Below the pieces are notes generated by a model. The model did not search any database, was not told the origin of the DNA, and saw nothing but the letters and a program-made list of their open reading frames with translations. From Armatimonadota bacterium (lineage in GTDB: Bacteria > Armatimonadota > UBA5829 > DSUL01): DNA of 64,000 nucleotides. Below, one piece after another: positions 50,669-60,249 of the stretch. Each line of letters opens with the position of its first letter. The stretch's first letter is position 1. The stretch spans positions 1,936,162-2,000,161 of the forward strand of contig AP024674.1 of assembly GCA_025998755.1 (NCBI GenBank), written 5' to 3'. The position numbers were made by a program, and so were the translations under genes.

Positions 50669-51697
50669 ATGAGCGACGCCATCATCGAGATGACGCCAGC
50701 CGGCCTTTGCTGCCCGGATGGCGATTTTCACATAGATCCCTGGCTTCCAGTGGCGCGCGCGGTGATCACTCACGCGCATGCGGATCACGCGAGGTCTGGA
50801 ATGGGCGCATACCTTTGTTCCCGCCCTTCGGAGCCTCTGCTTCGCGCCAGGCTGGGGCCAGACGTCCGCATCGAGAGCAGGGATTACGGGGAGGTCGTGA
50901 CACTTGGGGCGGTCAGAGTTTCCCTGCATCCCGCCGGTCACGTAGCAGGATCGTCCCAGATCCGCATCGAGCGCCGGGGACAGGTGGCTGTGGCCGCTGG
51001 TGATTACCGCCTTCACCCGGATGCCACCTGTTCGCCGTTCGAGCCCCTCCGCTGTCATCACTTCGTGACGGAGTCCACGTTCGGGTTGCCCGTTTACCGC
51101 TGGCGGCCACCTCGGGAAGTATTCGAGGAGATAAACGCCTGGTGGCGGAGCAACCGCGATGCGGGACGGGTGAGCGTGCTGTTCGCCTACGCCCTGGGGA
51201 AAGCGCAAAGGGTGCTGGCCGGCGTCGACCCCTCTATTGGGCCCATTGTCTGCCACGGAGCGGTGGCCCGGATGAACCGGGCGTGTCTGGAGGCCGGGGT
51301 GCGCCTGCCACCGTTCAAACTGGTGTCTGAGATTCAACGTGACGAGCTCGCGGGAGCATTGGTCTTAGCGCCTCCCTCGGCGGCCGGCAGCCCCTGGATG
51401 CGCCGGTTCGGGGAGGCGTCCACTGCCATGGCTTCGGGATGGATGCAGATCCGCGGGGCGCGGCGCAGGAGAGCGGTGGACCGGGGGTTCGTCCTGAGCG
51501 ACCACGCGGACTGGGACGGACTGAATCAGGCGGTGCGACTGAGCGGGGCGGACAGGGTCTGGGTCACCCACGGACACAGTGAAGCCTTGGCGCGATGGCT
51601 GCGTGAGCTGGGCCTGGATGCCACGGCCATTCAGACCCGGTTCGAAGGCGAAACCGCCGAAGAGGGTCTGCGGGACGAGGGAGAGGAAACGCCTTGA
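50669..51697 (+). CDS. ligase-associated DNA damage-response exonuclease (MBL/beta-CASP fold)
   Basis: ATG at 50669 with GGAGAGG RBS; ITHAHADHARSG (HxHxDH); beta-CASP-like C-terminal region VLSDHADWDGL...VWVTHGH. The track ORF 49733.. is a spurious 5' extension. Confidence 0.8.
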   Translation: MSDAIIEMTPAGLCCPDGDFHIDPWLPVARAVITHAHADHARSGMGAYLCSRPSEPLLRARLGPDVRIESRDYGEVVTLGAVRVSLHPAGHVAGSSQIRIERRGQVAVAAGDYRLHPDATCSPFEPLRCHHFVTESTFGLPVYRWRPPREVFEEINAWWRSNRDAGRVSVLFAYALGKAQRVLAGVDPSIGPIVCHGAVARMNRACLEAGVRLPPFKLVSEIQRDELAGALVLAPPSAAGSPWMRRFGEASTAMASGWMQIRGARRRRAVDRGFVLSDHADWDGLNQAVRLSGADRVWVTHGHSEALARWLRELGLDATAIQTRFEGETAEEGLRDEGEETP

Positions 51698-52806
51698 GCT
51701 ACTTGCTGACAGGTCTGGCGATAGCCGGAGGGCTGGCGGCGCTGACGGCGGGAGCGGAGCTGCTGGTGCGCGGCGCTTCCCGGTTGGCACGCGCCGCCGG
51801 TGTCTCTCCGCTGGTTATCGGCCTGACCGTGGTGGCCGTCGGCACCAGCGCTCCGGAGATCGCGGTCACTGTGGGAGCCGCCGTCACTGGAGAAGCGGAG
51901 ATCGCGCTGGGCAACGTCGTGGGGAGCAACATCTTCAACGTGCTCGCCGTGCTGGGTCTTTCGGCTCTGGCGTCCCCGCTGGTGGTACAGAGGCGGATTG
52001 TGCGAAGCGAGGTCCCCGTCATGGTGCTGCTGAGTTTCGGCGTGGCCGCGCTGTGTCTGGACGGCTCCCTGGGACGCCTGGAAGGAGCTGCACTGGCTGC
52101 CTGCCTGGCAGGTTATCTGTGGTGGATGGTACGGAGGGCTCGGGCGGAAGGAAACGGGCCGGAGGTCGCGCTCGACGGCGCAAAGTCGCCGGGCCTCAAC
52201 ATTGTGCGGGATGTGGTGCTGACGGCCGCTGGGCTGCTTCTGCTCCCCGCCGGCGCGCGCTTGCTGGTGAGCGGCGCATCCGAGATCGCCCGGGCGCTGG
52301 GGGCGACGGAACTGGTCATCGGTCTGACCATTGTGGCTGCAGGGACATCCCTGCCCGAGGCTGCCACGTCCGTGATGGCCACACTCCGGGGCGAGCGGGA
52401 TATCGCTGTGGGCAATGTGGTGGGCAGCAACATTTTCAACCTGCTGGGGGTGCTGGGTCTGGCCGGCCTGGTGTCCCCTTCTCCCGCAAGCGTCCCCGAA
52501 GCCGCACTGCGATTCGACATTCCGGTCATGCTGGCATGCGCGGTGGCATGCCTGCCGGTGGCATACACGGGCTACCGCATAGACCGCTGGGAAGGAGCGC
52601 TTTTCGTCGCGTACTATTTGGCCTATCTGACCTTCCTGGCATTGGACGCCACTGACCATTCCGCCGCCGGACCGTACGCGCGTGTCATGCTGGCGTTCGT
52701 GCTTCCGATTACCGCCGTGACCCTCGGCACCTTGGCCGTCCGAACGTGGACGGCTCGCCGCTTCCGGGCACGGGCGAGGGCCAGCGTAAGAGAGGCGGGG
52801 CGATGA
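51694..52806 (+). CDS. CaCA-family Na+/Ca2+ exchanger (YrbG-like)
   Basis: Two alpha-repeat motifs GNVVGSNIFNVL / GNVVGSNIFNLL, ~10 TM helices; ATGA overlap with the exonuclease stop and with the ligase start. Confidence 0.85.
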   Translation: MSYLLTGLAIAGGLAALTAGAELLVRGASRLARAAGVSPLVIGLTVVAVGTSAPEIAVTVGAAVTGEAEIALGNVVGSNIFNVLAVLGLSALASPLVVQRRIVRSEVPVMVLLSFGVAALCLDGSLGRLEGAALAACLAGYLWWMVRRARAEGNGPEVALDGAKSPGLNIVRDVVLTAAGLLLLPAGARLLVSGASEIARALGATELVIGLTIVAAGTSLPEAATSVMATLRGERDIAVGNVVGSNIFNLLGVLGLAGLVSPSPASVPEAALRFDIPVMLACAVACLPVAYTGYRIDRWEGALFVAYYLAYLTFLALDATDHSAAGPYARVMLAFVLPITAVTLGTLAVRTWTARRFRARARASVREAGR

Positions 52807-54407
52807 GGCGGTTTCAGGAGCTGTTCGCGGCGCTGGACAGCACCAATCGCACCGGCGGGAAGCAGGCGGCGTTGGTCGAGTATTTCCGGGAAGCGCCGCC
52901 GGAGGACGCCGCGTGGGCGGTCTTCTTCCTGACCGGCCGCAAGCTGCGGCAGGCTGTCACATCCACGGAGCTTCGCCGCCTTGCGGCCGAAGAGGCCGGC
53001 ATTCCGGAATGGCTGTTCGAGGAGTGCTATGACGCTGTGGGCGACCTGGCGGAGACCGTGGCGTTGGCGCTGCCGCCGGGTGGAGAAGACAGGCCACTGC
53101 CGCCTCTGCACGTCTGGGTGCGCGAGCGTCTGCTGCCGCTCCGGGAGATGGATGATAACGGGAGACGCGCCGTTCTGATCCAGAGCTGGAAGGAGCTGAG
53201 CCCGCAGGGGCGGTTCGTTTGGAACAAGCTGATCACTGGAGGAATGCGTCTGGGAGTTTCGCGGCAACTGGTTGTGCGAGCGCTCTCGGAAGTGAGCGGC
53301 CTTGCGCCGGGCATCATTGCCCATCGCCTGATGGGGGAATGGGAACCGAGTGCTGAGTTCTTCCGGGAACTGCTGTCTCCGGATACGGCATCTTCAGCCC
53401 TCAGTCAGCCCTACCCTTTCTTTCTGGCGCATCCTCTGGAAGATGCTGCAGACACCCTGGGCGAGCCCGGCGACTGGCAGGCCGAGTGGAAATGGGACGG
53501 CATCCGGGCGCAGATCGTCCGGCGGGACGGGGAGACGTTCATCTGGTCGCGCGGGGAGGAACTAATGACCGACCGTTTTCCGGAATTGGCCGGCGCCGCG
53601 GAGGGCTTGCCGGATGGCACTGTGCTGGACGGGGAGATCCTCCCGTGGAAAGACGGTCACGTGCTGCCGTTCGCCGTTCTGCAGACCCGCATCGGGCGCA
53701 AAAGCCTGACCCGCGCCGTCCTGCAGCACGCTCCGGTGATGTTCATGGCGTTCGATCTGCTTGAGACGGAAGGTCGCGACGTCCGCGAAAATCCTCTGAA
53801 ATGGCGCAGGCGCGCGCTGGAGGAGATCTTGCAGGGGGTGGAGGCAGACCGGATCACCCTGTCCCCGGTGATCTCATTTGCGGACTGGGAGGAGCTCGAG
53901 CAGATCCGCTCCACCAGCAGGGATCGCGGGGTGGAAGGGGTCATGCTGAAGCGGCTGGACTCCGCCTACGGCGTGGGACGCCCCCGGGGCGACTGGTGGA
54001 AGTGGAAGATCGAGCCGCTGAGTGTGGATTGCGTTCTGATGTATGCTCAGCGCGGACACGGAAAGCGCGCGAGTCTCTACACGGACTACACCTTCGGAGT
54101 CTGGGACGGCGACAGGCTGGTGCCGTTCGCGAAAGCTTACTCCGGCTTGACGGACGAAGAGATCCGCGAGGTGGACGCCTTTGTGCGCCGAAACACGGTG
54201 GAGCGCTTCGGGCCGGTACGCTCCGTCCGGCCGGAGCTGGTTTTCGAGCTGGCGTTCGAGGGGATCCAGCGGTCCACTCGCCATCGCTCCGGTGTGGCCG
54301 TGCGTTTTCCGCGGATGGTCCGGTGGCGGCGCGACAAACGTCCCGCGGACGCCGACACCCTGCAGACGGTCCTGGCTCTCCTGGAGCGCACGGAGGCCAG
54401 CCGGTGA
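52803..54407 (+). CDS. ATP-dependent DNA ligase (ligase-associated damage-response cluster type)
   Basis: Adenylation motif I AEWKWDGIRAQ (KxDG); 534 aa; OB-fold C-terminal region. Start MRRFQELF at 52803. Confidence 0.85.
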   Translation: MRRFQELFAALDSTNRTGGKQAALVEYFREAPPEDAAWAVFFLTGRKLRQAVTSTELRRLAAEEAGIPEWLFEECYDAVGDLAETVALALPPGGEDRPLPPLHVWVRERLLPLREMDDNGRRAVLIQSWKELSPQGRFVWNKLITGGMRLGVSRQLVVRALSEVSGLAPGIIAHRLMGEWEPSAEFFRELLSPDTASSALSQPYPFFLAHPLEDAADTLGEPGDWQAEWKWDGIRAQIVRRDGETFIWSRGEELMTDRFPELAGAAEGLPDGTVLDGEILPWKDGHVLPFAVLQTRIGRKSLTRAVLQHAPVMFMAFDLLETEGRDVRENPLKWRRRALEEILQGVEADRITLSPVISFADWEELEQIRSTSRDRGVEGVMLKRLDSAYGVGRPRGDWWKWKIEPLSVDCVLMYAQRGHGKRASLYTDYTFGVWDGDRLVPFAKAYSGLTDEEIREVDAFVRRNTVERFGPVRSVRPELVFELAFEGIQRSTRHRSGVAVRFPRMVRWRRDKRPADADTLQTVLALLERTEASR

Positions 54408-56848
54408 GACCGGGGCGCATCCGGCTGGAAAAATGGTTCCGCGCCAGGGGATGGGAGCCGCTCCCGCATCAGCGGAAGACCTGGGACGCCTATCTTGCCG
54501 GGGAAAGCGGCCTGTTGCACTCGCCCACGGGTTCCGGCAAGACGATGGCTGTCTGGGGTGGGCCGCTCATCGAGGCGGCGGAGAGCCAGGCCGAGGAAGG
54601 CGGAATGCGAGTGCTATGGGTGACCCCTCTGAGGGCGCTGGCCGCCGACCTGGCCCAGGCGCTGCAGGAAGCTGCAGATGGCACGGGATGCGGCTGGCGA
54701 GTGGAGCTTCGCACCGGGGATACGCCGGGCTCCGCGCGGGCCCGCCAGATGCGAAGCGCTCCTCAAGCCCTGGTCACCACGCCGGAGAGCCTTTCGCTGC
54801 TTTTGTCCTATCCTGAGAGCAGGAAGCTGTTTTCCGGGCTTTGGCTTGTGGCTGTGGACGAATGGCATGAGCTGCTGGGCTCCCGGCGCGGCGTGCTGAC
54901 GGAGCTTGCTCTGGCTCGCCTGCGAACCCTGTGCCCTGCTCTTCGAACCTGGGGGATGTCCGCGACCATCGGCAATCTGGATGAGGCTGTGGAGGCCCTC
55001 GGCTGCGGAGAGACGGCCAGGATCATCCGGGGAGATCTCAGGCGCGACGTGGTGGTTGACGCCCTTATCCCCGGTGAGATGGAGCGTTTCCCGTGGGCGG
55101 GGCATCTGGGCGCCAGGCTGCTTCCTCAGGTGCTGGAGGCGGTGGAGGAGGCCGGCAGTTGCCTGATCTTCACCAACACGCGCGCGCAAGCCGAGACCTG
55201 GTTCCGGATGCTGGTGGAGGCGCGCCCGGACTTTGCAGACCGCATAGGGCTACACCACGGGTCGCTGGACCGGGAGGGACGGGAGGAAGTGGAGAGGGGT
55301 CTGAAGGAAGGGCGGCTGAAGTGCGTAGTATGCACCTCCAGTCTGGACCTGGGAGTAGACTTCTCCCCTGTGGAACGGGTGCTACAGATCGGGTCGCCCC
55401 GGGGAGTGGCGAGGCTGCTGCAACGGGCTGGGCGAAGCGGACATGACCCGGCCCGATCCAGCCGCATCACCTGCGTCCCCACCCACGCCTTTGAGCTGGT
55501 GGAGACGGCGGCCGCGCGGGACGCCGTCCGCGAGGGAGCCATCGAGCCCCGCCCGCCTATCCGGCGCCCCCTGGACGTGCTGGCCCAGCACCTGGTGACT
55601 TCGGCTCTCGGTGGAGGTTTCCTCGCAGAGGAGATGTACCGCGAGGTGCGTTCCGCCCGCGCCTATCGCGACCTGCCCCGTGAGGACTGGGAGTGGACGC
55701 TGGACTTCGTCGCCCGGGGAGGAAAAGCCCTGCGCAACTATCCGGAATACCGGCGATTGGAAGAGACGGACGGGTTTTACACCGTGACGGACCGGCGCAT
55801 CGCAAAGATGCACCGGCTGTCGGTCGGGACGATCGTCAGCGACGCCGAGCTGGTGGTCCGTTATGCCGGAGGCGCAAAGCTGGGCAGTGTGGAGGAATCC
55901 TTCCTTTCGCGGATGCGCCCCGGTGACCGCTTCGTCTTCGCCGGGCGGTTGCTGGAGCTGGTGCGGGTGCGGGATGGCGAGGCTCTCGTGCGGCGCACGA
56001 CCGGGAGCGCGACCGCGATCCCCCGCTGGATGGGCGGGCGCATGCCCTTGTCCTCCGAACTGGCCCGCGCTGTCCGCAGAAGGCTGGAGCAGGCGAGGGA
56101 TGGCCTTTACGAGGGTCCGGAGATGGAGGCGGTCCGGCCCGTCCTGGAGCTTCAGAAAAGCATCTCGAAGATACCGGGCTCCAGTGAGTTGCTGATCGAG
56201 CGGCTGCGTTCGCGCGAGGGGCATCACCTGTTTCTGTATCCGTTCGAGGGGCGCCTGGCTCACGAAGGGCTTGCAGCTCTGCTGGCGTACCGGATCTCCC
56301 GACTCCAGTCTGTCACATTCACGCTTGCGGTCAACGACTACGGCATCGAGATGCTTTCCGCCAGAGAGGCTCCGCTGGACCAGGCGCTGAAGGAAGGCTT
56401 GCTGTCGCCGGAGCGTTTGGATGAGGATATCGCCGCCAGCCTGAACTGTGTGGAGATGGCGCGGCGGCAATTCCGGGAGATCGCACGGGTGGCGGGGCTG
56501 GTGTTTCAGGGGTATCCCGGCAGTCCGAAAAAGCTGAAGCAGCTCCAGGCCTCCAGCGGGCTGCTGTACGACGTGTTCGCGCGCTACGACCCGGAAAACC
56601 TGCTGCTGCGGCAGGCGCGGGAGGAGGTGCTGGACCGTCAGCTCGAGCGTGAACGTATGCGGCAGGCGCTGGAGCGAATGGAGCGCTCAACGGTGACGGT
56701 GATGGACCTGGACCGCCCTTCCCCTCTGGGCTTCCCTCTGATGGTGGAACGTCTTCGCGAGAAGCTGTCGTCCGAGAAGCTGGAGGAGCGCATCCGCAGG
56801 ATGCAAGTGCAGTTTTCCGCTCCGCGGCGCAGAAGGAAGGCGGCGTGA
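54404..56848 (+). CDS. Lhr-Core-type DEXH-box helicase (ligase-associated DNA damage-response helicase)
   Basis: GTG start overlapping the ligase stop (GTGA); LLHSPTGSGKTMAVW, DEWHEL, HHGSL, QRAGRSGH; ~814 aa (Lhr-Core size). Confidence 0.85.
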   Translation: MRPGRIRLEKWFRARGWEPLPHQRKTWDAYLAGESGLLHSPTGSGKTMAVWGGPLIEAAESQAEEGGMRVLWVTPLRALAADLAQALQEAADGTGCGWRVELRTGDTPGSARARQMRSAPQALVTTPESLSLLLSYPESRKLFSGLWLVAVDEWHELLGSRRGVLTELALARLRTLCPALRTWGMSATIGNLDEAVEALGCGETARIIRGDLRRDVVVDALIPGEMERFPWAGHLGARLLPQVLEAVEEAGSCLIFTNTRAQAETWFRMLVEARPDFADRIGLHHGSLDREGREEVERGLKEGRLKCVVCTSSLDLGVDFSPVERVLQIGSPRGVARLLQRAGRSGHDPARSSRITCVPTHAFELVETAAARDAVREGAIEPRPPIRRPLDVLAQHLVTSALGGGFLAEEMYREVRSARAYRDLPREDWEWTLDFVARGGKALRNYPEYRRLEETDGFYTVTDRRIAKMHRLSVGTIVSDAELVVRYAGGAKLGSVEESFLSRMRPGDRFVFAGRLLELVRVRDGEALVRRTTGSATAIPRWMGGRMPLSSELARAVRRRLEQARDGLYEGPEMEAVRPVLELQKSISKIPGSSELLIERLRSREGHHLFLYPFEGRLAHEGLAALLAYRISRLQSVTFTLAVNDYGIEMLSAREAPLDQALKEGLLSPERLDEDIAASLNCVEMARRQFREIARVAGLVFQGYPGSPKKLKQLQASSGLLYDVFARYDPENLLLRQAREEVLDRQLERERMRQALERMERSTVTVMDLDRPSPLGFPLMVERLREKLSSEKLEERIRRMQVQFSAPRRRRKAA

Positions 56849-57504
56849 AAGGCGCGTGTTCTCTAAGCGTGCGCGGGCAGGAGCTTGTCCTTTTGCCCGA
56901 CAAGGCACTGTGGTGGCCGCAGCAGGAAGCGCTCGTCATTGCCGATCCCCATCTGGGAAAAGCGGCGGCGCTGCGCGCCGCGCGAATGCCCCTGCCCGGC
57001 GGGAGCACGAGTGAAGACCTGGGCCGCCTGTCCGCGATGCTGGACGCTACAGGGGCCAGAAGGCTTATTGTCCTGGGGGATCTGTTGCACGCACGCGAAG
57101 GGCGCGCCGTCCGCACGCTGGAGGTTGTATCGCGATGGAGAGAGCGGCATTGCGGACTTGAGATGACGCTGGTTCGGGGTAATCATGACTGCCGAGCCGG
57201 TGATCCCCCTGCGGAGTGGAACATTCAGTGTGTGGACGAGCCTTTCAAGCTCGGTCCCTTCCGTTTCTGCCACGCGCCGCACGAGGACGGGGGAGACGGC
57301 TACTGGATTGCCGGACATCTGCATCCGGCCGTTTTGCTGCGTGGGCCTGCACGGCTTAGGGAGAGACTGCCGTGCTTCCTTTTCGGGCCAGCCGGGGCGA
57401 TTCTGCCCTCATTCGGATCGCTTACAGGGGCGGCGCTGGTGCGCCCACGCGAGGGAGATCGCATCTTCGTAACAGCCGATGGAGCAGTGCTGGAGGTGAA
57501 ATGA
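56845..57504 (+). CDS. pdeM: ligase-associated metallophosphoesterase nuclease (PdeM/MPE)
   Basis: ADPHLGK, LGDLLH, GNHD calcineurin-like motifs; GTGA overlap with the helicase stop. Confidence 0.8.
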   Translation: MKGACSLSVRGQELVLLPDKALWWPQQEALVIADPHLGKAAALRAARMPLPGGSTSEDLGRLSAMLDATGARRLIVLGDLLHAREGRAVRTLEVVSRWRERHCGLEMTLVRGNHDCRAGDPPAEWNIQCVDEPFKLGPFRFCHAPHEDGGDGYWIAGHLHPAVLLRGPARLRERLPCFLFGPAGAILPSFGSLTGAALVRPREGDRIFVTADGAVLEVK

Positions 57505-58562
57505 GGTCACGGAGGCCTGGAAGTCGGGTCCGGCCTGGAAGGAAGCGAGTACGGAGCCGGTCCGCTGCCGTATGGGCTTGCTACATCTCCGTTGCTCTGC
57601 TAGCGTTATGCTCCTTCGCATTTGCTGCGCGTCCGTTCGGGCTGGCAGCCGTTACCGTGCTGCCCGTGTGGTTCTGGTGGCTGATCGGTCTGGGATTGGT
57701 GGCCGCCGCCTGGCAGGCGGTAGGCCGGGCTGCTCTGCCGCTATTTGCCCTTTGGATGGTATATCTTGTGGCGTTTGCCGAGGAGCCCCGCAGCCTCGGC
57801 CGGACCCTCCTGCCGGCACCCCGCCCGGAGAAGCTGATCCGCGTGGTGTCTCTGAACTGTGCAGTCGCCAACCACGATGCCGCCGCGGAGGCGCTGCTAA
57901 GCAACCCTGATGTGGTGCTTTATCAGGAGTCGCCCGGCCCTCGCGGGCTGCAGGAGGTTTCGAGACTGCTCTTCGGGAGGAGCATAGTCCGGGTGGGGGA
58001 ATTCGGCAATGCGATCCTGGCCCGGGGCAGCATGGTGGATTCAAAGCAGCCACTCGCGGTGAGGAGCACCCTGACGCGCGCTAGGGTGCGCCTGGAGGCC
58101 GGGCCGGAAGTGGAGCTCGTGTCGCTACGGTTGACTCCTGCGGAGACCCGTTTGGACTACTGGAATCCTGTCTGCTGGCTGGAGCATTCCCGCAACCGCC
58201 GCGCCCGCGACGCCGAGATGGCGGCTGTGGCAGCCTATCTCAGCACCGTGCCCCCGGACGTTCCGGTGATTCTGGGTGGAGACTTCAACGTTCCGCAGGG
58301 CGATGGCATCTTTCGCCGGCTTCGTCCGCGGCTACGGGATGCGTTCCGTGAGGGAGGAAGGGGATGGGGAAACACCTTTCTGAACAGCTTCCCAATACTG
58401 CGCATAGACCAGGTCTGGACCAGCGCCCACTTCCGGGCGATCTCCGTGCGCGCAAAGATGACCGCGCATTCGGACCACCGGATGGTGATATGCGAGCTGG
58501 AAACGGTCAGGGCCGGGGAAGCGGGGCGCGTTGCTCCGCCCGCAGCTCGCGCGCCAGACTGA
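57501..58562 (+). CDS. membrane-anchored endonuclease/exonuclease/phosphatase (EEP) family protein
   Basis: ATG overlaps the PdeM stop (ATGA). Three N-terminal TM helices; EEP motifs VVSLNCAV, ILGGDFNV, SDHRMVICE. Confidence 0.7.
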   Translation: MRSRRPGSRVRPGRKRVRSRSAAVWACYISVALLALCSFAFAARPFGLAAVTVLPVWFWWLIGLGLVAAAWQAVGRAALPLFALWMVYLVAFAEEPRSLGRTLLPAPRPEKLIRVVSLNCAVANHDAAAEALLSNPDVVLYQESPGPRGLQEVSRLLFGRSIVRVGEFGNAILARGSMVDSKQPLAVRSTLTRARVRLEAGPEVELVSLRLTPAETRLDYWNPVCWLEHSRNRRARDAEMAAVAAYLSTVPPDVPVILGGDFNVPQGDGIFRRLRPRLRDAFREGGRGWGNTFLNSFPILRIDQVWTSAHFRAISVRAKMTAHSDHRMVICELETVRAGEAGRVAPPAARAPD

Positions 58563-59325
58563 ACAGTTCGCGGAACATCCGCAGGATGACCCGTAGCGAT
58601 GCCCCCGATTGCTTTCCCGCAACCCTGGGATAGTGTGTGACAGGCACTTCCTTGATTCGCGCTCCCCGTTTCCGGAGCCGGATCAGCAACTCGGCACTGA
58701 TGAGAGCCCCTTCACTTTTCAGGGGCAAGTCCCGGACCATTTCCGAGCGAAGCAGTTTGAACGCGCAGTCTATGTCCCGGACCTTTAGCCCGAAGAGAAG
58801 ACGGATCATGCCCCGGTAGAGCGCCGCATTGATCGAGCGGTGCGCCGGGTCCCGCCTTCTGCGGCGGTAGCCGATGACCGCGTCCGCTCCCTTCAGAGCC
58901 TCAGCAACGAGAAGACCCAGCTCCGAGAGGTCAAACTGCCGGTCCGCGTCTGTGAAGAACACCCACTCGCAGCGCGCCTCATGCAGCCCGGTCTTCAATG
59001 CGCCCCCGTATCCCCGGTTGCGAGGGTGAGATACGCAGCGGACTTCACCGTGCCTCCGGGCAAGCCTTTCGGCCTCCCGCCAGGTGCCGTCAGTGCTGCC
59101 ATCGTCCACGACGATGATCTCGAAACGGCGCGCGAAGGCGGGCAGAACCTCCAACGCGCTGCGGACCAGCGGAGCGATGTTCTCTTCTTCATTGTGGGCA
59201 GGGAAAAACACGGAGAGCTCGCTCAGAACAGCCTGGCGGGACGCCGGATCCGCGTCCCGCACCAGCACCGCGTCCATCACGATCCCCTCGTCCTGCCGCT
59301 GCCCGCGAATCAGCCGGAACGCCAT
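58507..59325 (-). CDS. family 2 glycosyltransferase (polyprenyl-phosphate sugar transferase-like)
   Basis: LSVFFPAHNEEENI, IIVVDDGSTDGT, FFTDAD (DxD) GT2 motifs. 3' end overlaps the EEP gene convergently by ~56 nt. Confidence 0.8.
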   Translation of the reverse strand: MAFRLIRGQRQDEGIVMDAVLVRDADPASRQAVLSELSVFFPAHNEEENIAPLVRSALEVLPAFARRFEIIVVDDGSTDGTWREAERLARRHGEVRCVSHPRNRGYGGALKTGLHEARCEWVFFTDADRQFDLSELGLLVAEALKGADAVIGYRRRRRDPAHRSINAALYRGMIRLLFGLKVRDIDCAFKLLRSEMVRDLPLKSEGALISAELLIRLRKRGARIKEVPVTHYPRVAGKQSGASLRVILRMFRELFSLARELRAEQRAPLPRP

Positions 59326-59331
59326 TGCTGT

Positions 59332-60093
59332 CTACACCATTCTGACCGGGACGCCGCGCTCGTGCAGATACTCCTTGATCTGCCGGATGGTGAACGTCCG
59401 GAAGTGAACGATGGATGCCACCAGCGCGGCCTCCGCCTTCCCTTCAGTAAGGGCTTCATGGATGTGCCGAAGCGTGCCTGCTCCACCCGATGCGATGACG
59501 GGGATGCTCACAGCCTCCGCCACGGCGCGGGTGAGACCGATGTCATACCCCGCCAGTGTGCCATCGCCGTCCATGCTGGTCAGCAGGATCTCTCCCGCTC
59601 CCAGTTCCTGACCGCGGACGGCCCATTCCACGGCATCCAGGCCGGTAGCTCTGCGGCCTCCGTGAGTGTAGACCTCCCACCCGCCGCCGGGCCGCTTTCG
59701 CGCGTCAATGGCCAGAACCACGCACTGGGATCCGAACATTTCGGCCCCCTCGCTGATCAGTTCCGGGCGCTCCACCGCCGCCGTATTGACGCTGACCTTG
59801 TCCGCGCCGGTCTTTAGGATTTTGCGGAAATCGTCCGTCGAGCGTATCCCTCCCCCCACCGTGAAGGGGATGAAGACCTTCTCCGCCGTGCGGGCGGCGA
59901 CATCCACAATGGTATCCCGACCCTCATGGCTTGCGGTGATGTCCAGGAACGTCAACTCGTCCGCGCCCTCGGCATCGTAGAAGGCAGCCAACTCCACCGG
60001 ATCTCCAGCGTCGCGGATATCCACGAAGTTGACGCCTTTCACCACTCGCCCCTTGTCCACGTCCAGACAGGGGATGATCCTCTTCTGCAGCAT
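59332..60093 (-). CDS. hisF: imidazole glycerol phosphate synthase cyclase subunit
   Basis: [23 protein letters not shown]..., (beta/alpha)8 HisF signatures. Start at 60093; upstream track residues are an extension. Confidence 0.9.
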   Translation of the reverse strand: MLQKRIIPCLDVDKGRVVKGVNFVDIRDAGDPVELAAFYDAEGADELTFLDITASHEGRDTIVDVAARTAEKVFIPFTVGGGIRSTDDFRKILKTGADKVSVNTAAVERPELISEGAEMFGSQCVVLAIDARKRPGGGWEVYTHGGRRATGLDAVEWAVRGQELGAGEILLTSMDGDGTLAGYDIGLTRAVAEAVSIPVIASGGAGTLRHIHEALTEGKAEAALVASIVHFRTFTIRQIKEYLHERGVPVRMV

Positions 60094-60249
60094 AGTCCTC
60101 TCCGGCTTTCCCCGGCTCCCGCCGGACGCATCATTTTGACGCAAGTTGCCGCAGGACGGCTTCACGGCAGCGCGTCCTGCGGCAACCCGCAAAAAGCGGA
60201 GGTGGTCTCTGGCGCCGGCGGCCCTACTGCTGCTAGAATCGGGCAGCTT

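Noticed and set aside
53801-54403. 5' 200 aa of track ORF 53801..56848
   Set aside because: The out-of-frame overlap with the ligase is spurious. The helicase most plausibly starts at the GTG 54404 overlapping the ligase stop.
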